Assembly: GCA_001914815.1 (NCBI GenBank)
Contig: MNDG01000133.1
Span: 1-55,943, forward strand
Length of the DNA: 55,943 nt
Direction of reading: 5' to 3'
From: Acidobacteriales bacterium 13_2_20CM_55_8
Lineage (GTDB): Bacteria > Acidobacteriota > Terriglobia > Terriglobales > Acidobacteriaceae
Shown here: piece by piece, positions 47,973 to 55,943 of the stretch
Layout of the letters: each line of letters opens with the position of its first letter
Position numbering within the stretch: the stretch's first letter is position 1
Notes under the pieces: model-generated
What the model was told of the DNA's origin: nothing
Databases searched by the model: none
The model's input: the letters and a program-made list of their open reading frames with translations, nothing else
Translations under genes and position numbers: made by a program

Positions 47973-49010
47973 CTAAGGACCGGTGACCGCCTCGTAAACC
48001 ACCATTCGCGCTGCCGATTTTCCGTTCTCTTCTTGCTCCGGCGTGTAAATGCGATGGGTATTGGGATCAACGGCAAGGCTGTGGACAGCATGCTGGACGC
48101 GAAAGTCTTCCAGCTTACGGTAGTGGTCGGGATCATCCTGATGGAAAACCGAGATAGCTCCGCTGTAACACGCAACATAGATGCGGCCCAGACCGGCATC
48201 AAATTTTGTGACATCTGGTCCATCAGCAAGCGGGAGAGAAGCGATTGATACGTGCTTATCCAGATCGAAGACAGCCATCAGGTTGTTCTCCTCACACGCG
48301 AGAAACGCGCGGTGATGCTTCGGGTCAAGCGACATTCCGTGATTTCCCTTGCACTTCCCAACAGAATATCTCCCCACCACCTTATCTGTCGCAGGATCAA
48401 TGACCGCAAAGATGTTCTGATCTTGCAGATTAACGTATACCTTGCGGGCGACGGGATCGTATTGCGGCATCCCGGTTTCACTGTCGAAATGCAACGTGCC
48501 CACGATCTCATCCTTTTGCACGTCAACAATGGCTTCGGCTTTGCCTCGTTCATCAGAGACGTAGAGTTTATGAAAGGGCGCTGCGTACGTGCTGCCGTCT
48601 GGCTTGGATTCAGTCTTGAGTTTCTTGATGACCTTCATCTGCTTAAGGTCAACTACACCAATCGTGTCGTCGTACGCGTTGGATGTGTAGAACTTCTTGA
48701 GTTCAGGAACGTATTCAACTCCCTCGACGCCGGGGGTATTCGTTAGGACCGCGACGACTTGGTTCCTCCGCAGGTCGATTACGTAGGTCTGGCTTGCAGC
48801 CAGGTGTGCGGATATCAGGTAGTGATCGTCCTGATCGATGGTCAGGTAGTCGAATCGCTTTCCGGCGGGGCCTGGTAAATCAAACGCAGTGATTTTCTTC
48901 AAGGTCTGCCCTGTGGACTGGCCGACTCCCGTTGTGCCCAGTCCAAGAATGAAAGCGGCCATCAATAACAAAACAGTCTTTCGCATCACATACCTCGTCA
49001 GTGCAAACAT
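47973..49010 (-). CDS. Secreted YncE/YVTN-like beta-propeller protein
   Basis: 345 aa with a signal peptide and repeated strand patterns typical of 7-bladed YVTN-type propellers (KFYTSNAYDDTIGVVD, KLYVSDERGKAEAIVD, KVYVNLQDQNIFAVID, RAFLACEENNLMAVFD, RIYVACYSGAISVF). Confidence 0.6.
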   Translation of the reverse strand: MFALTRYVMRKTVLLLMAAFILGLGTTGVGQSTGQTLKKITAFDLPGPAGKRFDYLTIDQDDHYLISAHLAASQTYVIDLRRNQVVAVLTNTPGVEGVEYVPELKKFYTSNAYDDTIGVVDLKQMKVIKKLKTESKPDGSTYAAPFHKLYVSDERGKAEAIVDVQKDEIVGTLHFDSETGMPQYDPVARKVYVNLQDQNIFAVIDPATDKVVGRYSVGKCKGNHGMSLDPKHHRAFLACEENNLMAVFDLDKHVSIASLPLADGPDVTKFDAGLGRIYVACYSGAISVFHQDDPDHYRKLEDFRVQHAVHSLAVDPNTHRIYTPEQEENGKSAARMVVYEAVTGP

Positions 49011-49056
49011 TTATTTCACCGCTACTGGCTCAATGCCGCTTTTTATTCTCCGACAA

Positions 49057-50211
49057 TCAAGCCGGCCGCAACAGTAACCCCGCTATCGCCGCACATGCTA
49101 TCAGGAGCGGTTCGGGAACTTTCCAGCGAAAAAGGACTGCGAAAGTAACAATTGCAATCACGATCGTTGGCACATCATGAACTGAACGCCGGGCCAGCAC
49201 AACTACTGCTCCGGCGATAGCTCCTGTGGCGGCTGCGGTTACGCCTCGGACAAAAGCATTCAATTGCGGGTTCTTGGCCCAGCGTTTGTAGGACGGTGCC
49301 AACAATACAACGACCAGATAGACCGGCAGGAATATTCCGAGTGCCGCCGCTGTCGCCCCCGCAAGCCCAGCCACGAGGTATCCGATAAAGGCTACAGTTA
49401 TCACGACAGGTCCCGGTGTGATCATCGCCACCGCGACGGCATCGACGAACTGGCGGTCGGTGAGCCAATGATGACCTTGTACTACTCCACCATAGAGAAA
49501 CGGCACCACAGCGAGGCCGCTTCCGAACACGAACATTCCTGCTTTCGCAAAATAGAAGAACAGTCCCAACAGACTGCCACCTGCTCCGGCCGCCCCCACT
49601 GTGAAGAAAAACGCAACGGTACTCCTTGCCGGCAACCGGATCGGAAAAGATTTGACCAACAAGGCGACTACGCCCGCAAGCAGAAACAACCAGATGATTT
49701 CCTGCGAAGTCCAGGCTGTCGAGATGGCTAGAACGGCAAAAATTCCCCACAGCAACTTGTCTTTCCCAAGTGTGAGTTTAGTGAGTTTGAACGCAGAACG
49801 AGTGATGATCCCGATGACGGCCGCGCCAATTCCATAGAACATCCCCTGCATCCACGCCAAGCCACCAAAGCGGACGTAGGCTGCCGAAAGGGCGAGCACC
49901 ATGAGGAACGAAGGCAGGACAAATGCTACTCCCACTGCCGTTGCGCCCAGGACACCCGCTTGGACATAACCGAGGTAAATCGCCAGTTGTGCCGCCAGAG
50001 GACCGGGTGCTAATTGCGCTAGAGCCAACCCCTCAACGTAATCTTCTTTGCTGACCCAGCCACGTTCGTCGACCAGGTCCTGTTGCATGTGCCCGGCGAG
50101 CGCGATGGGGCCGCCGAATCCAACGGTTCCGAGCCACAAGAAGTAGGCAGCGAATCGGGTTAGGGAGACCTCCGTCAGCTCGCGTGGTGTCGGATCAGTT
50201 TCCACATTCAT
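49057..50211 (-). CDS. chrA: Chromate ion transporter (CHR family)
   Basis: 384 aa and polytopic, with duplicated CHR halves (FLWLGTVGFGGPIALAGHMQQDLVDERGWVSKEDYVEGLALAQLAPGP and ...GSGLAVVPFLYGGVVQGHHWLTDRQFVDAVAVAMITPGP). Confidence 0.9.
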   Translation of the reverse strand: MNVETDPTPRELTEVSLTRFAAYFLWLGTVGFGGPIALAGHMQQDLVDERGWVSKEDYVEGLALAQLAPGPLAAQLAIYLGYVQAGVLGATAVGVAFVLPSFLMVLALSAAYVRFGGLAWMQGMFYGIGAAVIGIITRSAFKLTKLTLGKDKLLWGIFAVLAISTAWTSQEIIWLFLLAGVVALLVKSFPIRLPARSTVAFFFTVGAAGAGGSLLGLFFYFAKAGMFVFGSGLAVVPFLYGGVVQGHHWLTDRQFVDAVAVAMITPGPVVITVAFIGYLVAGLAGATAAALGIFLPVYLVVVLLAPSYKRWAKNPQLNAFVRGVTAAATGAIAGAVVVLARRSVHDVPTIVIAIVTFAVLFRWKVPEPLLIACAAIAGLLLRPA

Positions 50212-51164
50212 TTTGCGGAATTGGTTTTATCCAGTGCGGCGTGCAAACCCTTTGCAAGTTTCAGGGCGTCGTCATTGGCCCAGAAATGCATGAAGAACAA
50301 TCGGGGCTCTTCCATCAGCATGTGGCTGTGCAGGGCCGTCACTTCGATACCGTTCTCTCTGAGCGCTCGCAGTACGGGGTTCACTTCACTGGCAAGCAGG
50401 ACGAAATCGCCGGTGATTGCGACCTTGCCATTACCAGTCGGCTGGAAGTTCAGGGCGGTTGCAACACCCATCGAAGGTGGAACTGTCATTTTCGAGTCTG
50501 TGATTGTTTCTGACCTTGGCACCGCGATCTGAAGTACTCCGCCATTGACCTTTCCGGCGTGACCGAGAATCTGCTCCAGTTGTTTCTGATCAAAGCCGAG
50601 ATCGGTTGCGGCTTGCGCCGCCGGACTGGCATCCGGGCCAGGAGTCTTGCTCAGCATCAGCGACTCGTGGATTGCCTTGGCCATTTGTACGGCATCACCA
50701 TGACTGGCAATGTGCATGTACATCACGCGCGCAGTCTCCCACATCAGATGGTTGTGAAGCGCGGTTTCCTCTATGCCGCCCTCCTGAAGTTTCTTCATCA
50801 CAGGTTGGACCTCATCCTCAGTGAGAACCAGGTCGCCCATCACCATGGCTGTTCCGCCATCTCGTCTGAATGCTGCCCACGAACCCAATGCGAGTGCTGG
50901 CTTGATATCGACGCCCTTGAGCGTGACATGCAAATCTTTTCTCGGCATGCTGAACTTGATTACGTCACCGGGTTGCATTTGTCCGGGACGACCCATTGCA
51001 TCCTCTACCTGCTTCCAATCGCTCGCAGCGTCCTTTGGAGAGGATGCTGCGCTGGTCTGGCCAGTCGAAAAAGAACTCAAGAGAAACGCTATCCCGACAA
51101 CGACATTCGCCAGAGTCTTGAAAAGTTCGAGAGGCAGATTACCTGCTAGGTAATTTCTACGCAT
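50208..51164 (-). CDS. Secreted tandem DUF1259 (LpqO/LppY-like) protein
   Basis: ATG 51164 follows an AAGGAGAA RBS, and a signal peptide is present. Two internally similar halves are visible (VIKFSMPRKDLHVTLKGVDIKPALALGSWAAF...ALHNHLMWETARVMYMHIASHGD and VLQIAVPRSETITDSKMTVPPSMGVATALNF...ALHSHMLMEEPRLFFMHFWANDD). Its stop overlaps the chrA start by 4 nt. Confidence 0.65.
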   Translation of the reverse strand: MRRNYLAGNLPLELFKTLANVVVGIAFLLSSFSTGQTSAASSPKDAASDWKQVEDAMGRPGQMQPGDVIKFSMPRKDLHVTLKGVDIKPALALGSWAAFRRDGGTAMVMGDLVLTEDEVQPVMKKLQEGGIEETALHNHLMWETARVMYMHIASHGDAVQMAKAIHESLMLSKTPGPDASPAAQAATDLGFDQKQLEQILGHAGKVNGGVLQIAVPRSETITDSKMTVPPSMGVATALNFQPTGNGKVAITGDFVLLASEVNPVLRALRENGIEVTALHSHMLMEEPRLFFMHFWANDDALKLAKGLHAALDKTNSAK

Positions 51165-51240
51165 GATGACATTCTCCTTTTCTCTTAGTGCTTCAGTCTC
51201 GTGAACCAAAAATGAATTCGGTAATTCTCAGCGAACAGAG

Positions 51241-52236
51241 TTAGGCAGCAAAGCTAACCCGAATACCGGTCCCCTGCCTTTCGGCTTTCTCGTACAGGAG
51301 CGCCGCTGCAGCGACATCCTGTAGAGCCATCCCGGTGCTATCAAAGACGATGATTTCCTCGTCCGATTCGCGCCCCGGCTTATTTCCCGCGACCACGTCG
51401 CCCAGTTCCCCGTACACATCGGCAAGCGTTAACACACCTGCATCCAATGCGTAATGCAAGTCTCCCATGACAGAACACTGTTGCAGGATGTCAGCTACAA
51501 TCTTGCTCTTTGCCATTAACAGCGGCTGGAGTTCCTGTTTTTCAGGGCTGTCCGCTCCCACCGCGGCGATGAATGTTCCCGGTGCAATGTCATCGGAATC
51601 CAGGAAAGGTTCCCGGGACGGAGTACAGGTCACGCATATATCACTTTGTCGCACCGCGGCCGCCAAGTCAGTCACCGAAGTCACCGGGATTCCCAGGTCT
51701 TCTGTAAGTTCTCGCGCAAAGTGCTGTGATTGCTCTTCGATCTTGTCATAGGCAAACACGCTTTGCAGCCGGCAGACTCGGGAAAGTGCCTTGACTTGAA
51801 TACGTCCTTGCTTACCGCAGCCACAAATGGTGGCGGTCCGCGAATCCTGGCGGGCCAAATATTTCGCCGCGACCGCGGTCGCCGCACCGGTTCGCAGCAA
51901 TGTGATGTCACGGGAGTCCATCACAGCCAGTGGACTGCCCTTTTCGGCATCGCAAAGAATCAGGACTCCCTGAATAGTGGGTAGCCCGAATCGATTAGGG
52001 TTCTCCGCGAAATTCCCGTTCACCTTGGCGCCAAAGTACGGCCTGCTAAGTTCCAACAACCCGAGCTTTACGTGAAATCCGCCATCGCGTGTGTGCATAC
52101 TCAACACTGCTGGCGCAGCCGCTTTGCCCTCTCCATACAAGCGGAATGCATGTTCCACTGTCACGATGCATTCGTCGATGGTCAGTAGGCTTTGAATCTC
52201 TGGCGGCGTCAGCACCAGGATTTCTTCTGAGTTCAT
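51241..52236 (-). CDS. Ornithine cyclodeaminase/mu-crystallin-family protein
   Basis: 331 aa with a typical OCD-family layout (LLTIDECIVTVEHAFRLYGEGKA..., ITLLRTGAATAVAAKYLAR..., ICGCGKQG Rossmann). Confidence 0.75.
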   Translation of the reverse strand: MNSEEILVLTPPEIQSLLTIDECIVTVEHAFRLYGEGKAAAPAVLSMHTRDGGFHVKLGLLELSRPYFGAKVNGNFAENPNRFGLPTIQGVLILCDAEKGSPLAVMDSRDITLLRTGAATAVAAKYLARQDSRTATICGCGKQGRIQVKALSRVCRLQSVFAYDKIEEQSQHFARELTEDLGIPVTSVTDLAAAVRQSDICVTCTPSREPFLDSDDIAPGTFIAAVGADSPEKQELQPLLMAKSKIVADILQQCSVMGDLHYALDAGVLTLADVYGELGDVVAGNKPGRESDEEIIVFDSTGMALQDVAAAALLYEKAERQGTGIRVSFAA

Positions 52237-52945
52237 GCGTGTGTTCCGATCCCACAGGCGGGCGCTTGAAGATGCGAGCGGTAGTTGCTCCCTTCAGGGT
52301 AACCACTCCATCTTGCACCCGGAGAATCGAGCCCTCCCGCAAACCAACCACCGGCTCCGCGTTCTCTTCGAGGAACTGCATAATTCGTTCCTCTTGGGTC
52401 TCTCCCATGTGGGTGGATGAGGGGTCGGAATCAAGATAGTGCGGACTGATCTGGAAGGAGACCAAACCCAACGCCTCAAAGCACGGGGGTTGCACAACGG
52501 GCATGTCTTTGGTCGTCTTCAGCGTAGGACATGCCACGATGGAACCAGCACTCGATCCGATGTAGGGCATACCCGCCGCCACCTTACGACGGATCGGACC
52601 CAGCAGCTCATAGTCATACAGCCCCTTCAACAAACGGAACGTATTTCCTCCGCCGACAAAGACCACGTCCGCTTCGTCGATAGCTCGCGCCTTGTTGGAA
52701 ACATCGTGAATTGACGTGAGTACGAAACCCATGTCACGAAAGCGTTCCTGTGCCTTCGCCGCGTACACCCTCAGGTCATGGACAGCAAAGGGAACGAATA
52801 TCACCCGCGCCGTATTTCCTAAGAAATCCCGGATCTCTCTTTCCGCATGATCTAAATAACCACTCCCGTAGAGAGTGGAGTTGCTGATCAGCAGCAACCG
52901 TTTGACACTGTCGATAGCCGTCATGGCTGCCTCCCAAGGGTTCAT
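52046..52945 (-). CDS. pepE: Peptidase E-like (S51 family dipeptidase) with an anomalous ~55-codon C-terminal extension overlapping ocd
   Basis: S51 hallmarks are present (VVFVGGGNTFRLL, YIGSSAGSIVACP, ISPHY). The ATG at 52945 overlaps the chrB stop (ATGA). The last 191 nt overlap the ocd gene in another frame. Confidence 0.7.
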   Translation of the reverse strand: MNPWEAAMTAIDSVKRLLLISNSTLYGSGYLDHAEREIRDFLGNTARVIFVPFAVHDLRVYAAKAQERFRDMGFVLTSIHDVSNKARAIDEADVVFVGGGNTFRLLKGLYDYELLGPIRRKVAAGMPYIGSSAGSIVACPTLKTTKDMPVVQPPCFEALGLVSFQISPHYLDSDPSSTHMGETQEERIMQFLEENAEPVVGLREGSILRVQDGVVTLKGATTARIFKRPPVGSEHTHELRRNPGADAARDSKPTDHRRMHRDSGTCIPLVWRGQSGCASSVEYAHTRWRISRKARVVGT

Positions 52946-53837
52946 GCGAGCGACTCGTACAGACCTTCGATCAACTCGATACCTCGCTGTAGCAATTCAT
53001 CATCTGGCAAGTCTTGTTTGGCCCAGCCATTCAGCACTTTGTCCAATCCCTGTCCTTCGACGCGACCAAATTTTTCATCGCCAAGATCGGCGTCGTGGAT
53101 GATCTGTGCAATGCGCTTTACTCTGCCATCTCGCATTGCGAACTGCTTGTAAAGAGTTTCAAATGTGCAATCCTCGCCACGATGACCGAAGCCTTCATCG
53201 CTAAACATATCGAACGGTACCGCGTCAGGATCAGCGGAGCTTTCCTTCCCAAATACGAAATGGGCCTTGGGATCGATAAACCGCCGGATCAGCCATGCTG
53301 AAGAAACGCGGTCAATACCCGGTCGCGGACGAGTAATCCACCGGCGGTTCAAATATTTTCCGGCCTTGCCTTTGTGATTACGCGCAGTGCTTGTTTTATC
53401 CCGCTCGTCCAACCGGGACAGGAGATGTTCTACACGGCTGCGCAGTGAATTCCCGAAAAAATCAATCCCTGTAATTTCTACAAACCGACGCCGAATCCGA
53501 TTCACGGTTCCCGCGGGCCTCGTCGCCGGGGCTGACGCCAAGACCTTGTTCAACTCGTGTATCACTTTCCGGTAATCACGAGAGCGTGCTTCGTTGAAGA
53601 GTTGCTTCAATTGCTGGTCTGAGAGATCGTCGAAGCTTTGGACAAGAACCACAGAAGCTTGTCCTTTGTAGGAGCGAATCGCCGCCCGTTCGGAAGGATA
53701 TTGCCGGAAGTACGGAGAGCGACAGTGCCGTATCGCTGGAGCTTGCGCCATATTTCCACTCGGCGACTAGCGGCCTGCGCCGGGAGGCTGAAAACGAGGA
53801 GCAGCCATGGGGCTGCCAATTCCTTAGGTACATGCAT
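52942..53837 (-). pseudogene. chrB: Chromate resistance regulator ChrB, split by a frameshift (N-terminal ~50 codons in ORF 53607..53837, remainder in ORF 52942..53751)
   Basis: The N-terminal ORF gives PWLLLVFSLPAQAASRRVEIWRKLQRYGTVALRTSGNILPN, the conserved ChrB N-terminus. The second frame continues ERAAIRSYKGQASVVLVQ...RPRPGIDRVSSAWLIRRFIDP...FDMF...FGHRGEDCTFE (ChrB C-domain). Confidence 0.75.
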
Positions 53838-54048
53838 TGCAATAATGTTATATCTATATCACCATAAGGACAAGGCTAAAACGCGGTTGCCCGTAGACGG
53901 TGAGTGGCGTAAGAACCTCGTTTCGCGGCTCCCTTGCCTATTACGCCATCTAGCGTTACGCTAATCAGCGTAATACGGTAGGAAAATTCAGTCGGTTTGG
54001 CCCCACGCCGGCAACGTCTGTTGCTGCAAGTGCTTGAAGATAAAATGT

Positions 54049-54125
54049 AGGCGCGTAGCTCAGTTGGTTAGAGCGCTACCTTGACACGGTAGAGGTCTGG
54101 GGTTCGAGTCCCCACGTGCCTACCA
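54049..54125 (+). tRNA. tRNA-Val (anticodon GAC), CCA encoded
   Basis: It folds by hand into a cloverleaf. The acceptor stem AGGCGCG/CGTGCCT has one G-U pair, the D-arm is GCTC/GAGC, and the anticodon arm is CTACC-TTGACAC-GGTAG. The variable loop is 5 nt, the T-arm is TGGGG-TTCGAGT-CCCCA, the discriminator is A, and CCA follows. Total length is 77 nt. Confidence 0.9.
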
Positions 54126-54262
54126 TTGTTTTTTCTGCGGTTCCTGCACGATAAGCTCCCTTTTAGCCGCCAACCGCTCCTCAGCCATTACTGTGCCCGT
54201 AAATTCCTAACTGGCCTTCAAAGTCCGTATAATTTAGTTGTGTTCGTTGTGAATTGTCAAAA

Positions 54263-55381
54263 ATGAGCACGAGTGGTGATGGCCGCACAGAAGCTCTTAT
54301 GGTGACGCCGCAGATCGATCCCGGCATTGACGAGTACCTTCGCAAGAGGCTGATGCCGGTGGAAGGTGCGATCCCCCACCTGTCCGGGATCGACATGTAC
54401 GGCAATTCCATTCCAGCTGGAACTGTGGGCGGCGATCTCTTCGAATACATCAATTTTCAGCAACGTTACAATATTGACGCTCGCATCGCAGGCGCTCTCA
54501 AACTGGCCGCGGAGTATCTGGAGCCCCTTGCCAAAGGCCAGAACGTTCGAAATTCCGTGGATGATCATGTGCAGTGGTTGGAATCCAGACCGGGTTACAA
54601 CGCGGCGGTGGAGGTCGAATACAGAAAGGCAAAAAGCTCCGAGCAGTTGAGAATCGCCGAAGATCTGCAAGAGCTCTACACGACTGCGGGAGTGCTGTTA
54701 GTGGATGCGCAAGGACACGGAATCATTTCGGCGAAGATTGCGTCGACTGTTCACGACACATTTCACGCTTTTATGCTTTCCGAACTCGATCGGAGCGGAA
54801 AGACAACGCCACAGTTTTTCGAGAAGATCAATCTCAGGCTGGCGCAGTCGGTCACTGCGCGGAACGCTCTGGGACGGGATCCAAATGACAGTTCGCGCGA
54901 AATCGCGACGATGCTATACGGCGAAATACGGCCCACTGGACATTTCCGCTTCGTAAATTTCGGTCATCCTCCACCACTAGTGTTTTCTGCAGAGTACGAA
55001 AAATTCATGGAGATTGACAAGGATCGCATGGTGCAGTTCCTTGCCCTGGGGCTGGAGATTCCTGAAGACCATCCTGACCGGAATAAGTATTTTTCCATGA
55101 AGCTCAGGAAAAGGCAGGTGAACTCCTCGGACGTGGCGGAAATCACACTCATGAGCCCGGGAGACATAGTTTTTCTTCATTCAGACGGGGTTTACGACGG
55201 TAGCGATGAACAGGATCGCCGACAAATCGAGCGTGTTATCCGTGAGCATAAAAATGAGCCGGCGAGAGAGATTTGTGATGCCATCCTGAAGCACGCGGTG
55301 CAGCAGGACGAGTACCTGCAGCAGATTGGGGAACCGGACCGCATCGACGACAAGACTGTTTTTGTCATCAAGCGCCGGTGA
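54263..55381 (+). CDS. SpoIIE/PP2C-family protein serine/threonine phosphatase (RsbU-like catalytic domain)
   Basis: PPM/SpoIIE motifs are present (GGDLFEYINF, LLVDAQGHGIISA, FLHSDGVYDG, DDKTVFVIKR). ATG 54263 is more likely than the TTG at 54254. Confidence 0.75.
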   Translation: MSTSGDGRTEALMVTPQIDPGIDEYLRKRLMPVEGAIPHLSGIDMYGNSIPAGTVGGDLFEYINFQQRYNIDARIAGALKLAAEYLEPLAKGQNVRNSVDDHVQWLESRPGYNAAVEVEYRKAKSSEQLRIAEDLQELYTTAGVLLVDAQGHGIISAKIASTVHDTFHAFMLSELDRSGKTTPQFFEKINLRLAQSVTARNALGRDPNDSSREIATMLYGEIRPTGHFRFVNFGHPPPLVFSAEYEKFMEIDKDRMVQFLALGLEIPEDHPDRNKYFSMKLRKRQVNSSDVAEITLMSPGDIVFLHSDGVYDGSDEQDRRQIERVIREHKNEPAREICDAILKHAVQQDEYLQQIGEPDRIDDKTVFVIKRR

Positions 55382-55455
55382 AGCCGACCTGACTACAACT
55401 GTAAATTGTTGTGTAGCATTCACTCAGTTGATTACACACGCGGGAGAACGATCAA

Positions 55456-55758
55456 ATGGTCGCATGGGGACTTGTCGGACGTAAGCCGCAAACACCACAG
55501 AAGGTAACTACCGGCCGCTTTGAGCTCGAGCACGACGGACAGGTAGCCTACCTTGAATACAGTATGAGCGGAAATGTACTCGGGTTGACCCATACCGAGG
55601 TTCCCAATAAATTGCGCGGCCTGGGTCTTGCGTCCTTGTTAGCCGAGAACGCGCTTCGATGGGCCCGTGAAAACAACTTCAAGGTAGATGTGATTTGCCC
55701 TTCGGTGCAGGAGTACATCGCGAACCACCCGGAATATTCAGATCTGGTTCTGCACTGA
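55456..55758 (+). CDS. Small GNAT-like protein (YjdJ/Acetyltransf_CG type)
   Basis: About 100 aa. FELEHDGQVAYLEYSMSGNVLGLTHTEVPNKLRGLGLASLLAENALRWARENNFKVDVICPSVQEYIANHPEY matches the small single-domain GNAT-like family. The start codon is uncertain. Confidence 0.6.
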   Translation: MVAWGLVGRKPQTPQKVTTGRFELEHDGQVAYLEYSMSGNVLGLTHTEVPNKLRGLGLASLLAENALRWARENNFKVDVICPSVQEYIANHPEYSDLVLH

Positions 55759-55943
55759 TGGTGGATACAAGTCTGAAAAACGACGCAGCTGTCATTTGCG
55801 CTGCCCATCAGCTCTTTGCTCCAGCCTTCCTCACAACCGGACCGCGAGAGATGCATCTATAGCCCCATGCGAACGCCTTGCGACGAAACCGTAGTCCGAG
55901 CCATGGGTACCGGGGTTCCGTTCGAGCGGACGCGAGATACTTG

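Noticed and set aside
53956-53973. 7-bp inverted repeat (TTACGCT-AATC-AGCGTAA) upstream of chrB, considered as a ChrB operator
   Set aside because: It is short, lies more than 115 nt upstream of the chrB start, and has no second copy or supporting promoter context. It could equally be a chance occurrence.
55548-55856. 102-aa minus-strand ORF overlapping the small GNAT-like gene
   Set aside because: It is antisense to a plus-strand ORF with recognisable family similarity. Its own translation is featureless.
55831-55943. Possible 3' end of a minus-strand gene entering from the right window edge
   Set aside because: Two minus-strand frames are open for only ~36-45 codons. Neither shows a motif, and third-position GC does not discriminate between them. 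The evidence is too weak to call.
1-55943. Search for CRISPR arrays, IS elements or transposases, integrases, toxin-antitoxin pairs and known defence-system signatures
   Set aside because: I saw no regularly spaced repeats, no terminal inverted repeats flanking a transposase-like ORF, and no recombinase, nuclease, helicase or ATPase combinations typical of defence islands in any frame. This was inspection by eye only, so small or highly diverged elements could have been missed.

Overview
This 55.9-kb window is chromosomal DNA that looks like Acidobacteriota. The taxon call is an inference from gene content: a very large CarboxypepD_reg-type TonB-dependent receptor, many Tat-exported Gfo/Idh/MocA and TIM-barrel proteins, and CRTAC1/TPR proteins. 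I saw no rRNA, CRISPR array, IS element, transposase or integrase. From left to right: (1) Housekeeping genes: the gatA 3' end, cysS and pgsA. (2) A tightly coupled minus-strand operon of two TPR proteins, a CRTAC1/FG-GAP protein, a heptaheme c-type cytochrome and a small unknown ORF, followed by two more TPR genes on the plus strand. (3) A roughly 30-kb polysaccharide/hexuronate utilisation region. It holds a 1,250-aa TonB-dependent receptor, UxaA/GarD-family dehydratase, Tat-exported Gfo/Idh/MocA and xylose-isomerase-like TIM-barrel proteins, ManD, GH28, a DHDPS-like protein, OYE, a cupin, MFS transporters, an idnD/idnO-like ADH+SDR pair, GH27, exuT-kdgK-eda, an SDR and a diverged uronate isomerase. 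(4) A LysR-controlled operon encoding a secreted cupin, a cytochrome-c-fused PQQ sugar dehydrogenase and GH97. (5) An 8.7-kb module (DUF5916, beta-propeller, chrA, DUF1259, ocd, pepE, chrB) bracketed by a 5' half-copy of tRNA-Val(GAC) and the intact tRNA-Val(GAC). (6) A SpoIIE/PP2C phosphatase and a small GNAT-like protein. Items worth a second look: the tRNA-half direct repeat; several frame-disrupted genes (chrB, the CRTAC1 N-terminus, an exuT internal stop, an eroded SDR, a pepE/ocd overlap); candidate LacI-type and LysR-type operators; and two modules of unknown function (TPR-CRTAC1-multiheme cytochrome, and Tat-Gfo/Idh/MocA plus TIM barrels next to GH28). All functional calls come from reading the translated ORFs and recognising motifs by eye. 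No database search was run.
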